Origin: Spirochaetia bacterium
GTDB lineage: Bacteria; Spirochaetota; Spirochaetia; CADAEX01
Assembly: GCA_963662265.2 (NCBI GenBank)
Contig: CAXXHA010000017.1
Coordinates: 1 to 63,901, forward strand
DNA: 63,901 bases
Reading direction: 5' to 3'
Shown here: one piece after another, positions 63,061-63,901 of the stretch
How the letters are laid out: every line of letters begins with the position of its first letter
How positions within the stretch are numbered: position 1 is the stretch's first letter
Position numbers and translations under genes: made by a program
Notes under the pieces: generated by a model
The model's input: only the letters and a program-made list of their open reading frames with translations
Database searches by the model: none
Told to the model about the DNA's origin: nothing

Positions 63061-63657
63061 ATGGAAACAAATTCATCTTTATCTGATGTTTTTTCCCACA
63101 AAAACTACCTTATAAGAAGAAAGGTATTCAAACTCTTTGGAGGAGCCTTTCATATATATGATCCCGAAGGAAGAGTTGCATTTTATTCACAGATGAAAGC
63201 ATTCAAGCTGAAAGAAGATATCAGGCTCTATTCAGACGAAACAATGGAAACAGAACTTCTTACAATTAAAGCAAGACAGATAATTGATTTTTCAGCTGCA
63301 TATGATGTTATGGATTCGGTAACAGGTGAAAAAGTCGGAGTACTTAAAAGAAAAGGGATGAAATCAATCTTCAAGGATGAATGGATAATAATGAATGAAG
63401 AGGACAGGGAAAAAGGGTTTATCAGGGAAGACAGCCCCTTTCTGGCATTCGTAAGACGGTTCATAACAAATATTATCCCGCAGAAATATCATGCGGAAAT
63501 CGGAGGGGAAAGAGTCTGCGAGTTAAGTCAGAATTTCAATCCTTTTGTAATGAAGATAAACCTTGATTTTTCACAGGACGAGAAAGGCCTCCTTGACAGG
63601 CGCCTTGGAATTGCAGCAGCAGTGCTTCTGTGCGCGATAGAACAGAAACAGAAATAG
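63061..63657 (+). CDS. LURP-one/scramblase (tubby C-terminal-like) protein
   Basis: KAFKLKEDIR, IKARQIIDFSAAYDV and DRRLGIAAAVLL. Confidence 0.75.
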   Translation: METNSSLSDVFSHKNYLIRRKVFKLFGGAFHIYDPEGRVAFYSQMKAFKLKEDIRLYSDETMETELLTIKARQIIDFSAAYDVMDSVTGEKVGVLKRKGMKSIFKDEWIIMNEEDREKGFIREDSPFLAFVRRFITNIIPQKYHAEIGGERVCELSQNFNPFVMKINLDFSQDEKGLLDRRLGIAAAVLLCAIEQKQK

Positions 63658-63662
63658 CATTA

Positions 63663-63695
63663 AAAGCATAGTCTGATTAATTCAGGCTATGCTTT
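63663..63695. terminator. Bidirectional terminator
   Basis: AAAGCATAGTCTGA...TCAGGCTATGCTTT. Confidence 0.75.
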
Positions 63696-63713
63696 ATTTT
63701 TGCTTCCGGTATT

Positions 63714-63901
63714 TCACTCAAATTTAATAACTTCTACAGGGCAGCTTTCAGCAGATTCCTTAATCAAATCCTCATTTTTACTAAAATCTGCCCCCGTCAT
63801 TTACTACGGCAACATCATCTACAGTAAAAACTCCAGGACATATATCGCCGCACAGCCCGCATCCTGTGCATCCATCTTCGATCCATACTTTTGAAACAGC
63901 C
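63714..63901 (-). CDS. Monocluster ferredoxin (start at window edge; one extra G in the G5 run at 63791-63795)
   Basis: Not in ORF track; AVSKVWIEDGCTGCGLCGDICPGVF...SAESCPVEVIKFE once one G is removed. Confidence 0.85.

Noticed and set aside
63700-63894. 64-aa plus-strand ORF
   Set aside because: Antisense to the frameshifted ferredoxin

Overview
AT-rich bacterial chromosome segment, probably from an anaerobic free-living spirochaete (inferred from the gene content, not checked by a search). The core regions carry crcB (partial), zupT, a WYL regulator, a CheR-CheB-hybrid kinase-response regulator cluster, tatD, etfBA with an acyl-CoA dehydrogenase, two GGDEF-EAL proteins, nox, rlmG, bcp, a GntR-aminotransferase-atypical transaldolase cluster, panE, feoAB, an arginyl/leucyl transferase, uraA and a ferredoxin. 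Two accessory blocks stand out. (1) A 5.7-kb phosphatase/two-component/beta-barrel module (about 10.3-16.0 kb) is bracketed by a duplicated 3' end of a GNAT gene, and both of its PAP2 paralogs read PSWH instead of PSGH. (2) A decayed island of about 11 kb (16.1-27.6 kb) abuts the 3' end of tRNA-Leu(TAA). It holds a dead tyrosine integrase, IS3 and phage remnants, a HEPN-like gene and a stand-alone MshEN-like microprotein, and its cargo genes are separated by overlapping pieces of one shared non-coding repeat. Other notable non-coding structures are a 6 x 54-bp tandem array of GGA-loop hairpins with a compensatory stem change (50390-50726), twin covarying hairpins upstream of the transaldolase, a DtxR/MntR-type operator at feoA and an eroded adhE pseudogene. 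Several conserved genes have 1-2 nt insertions, mostly in homopolymers, which suggests assembly indel errors. All family calls come from motifs read by eye.
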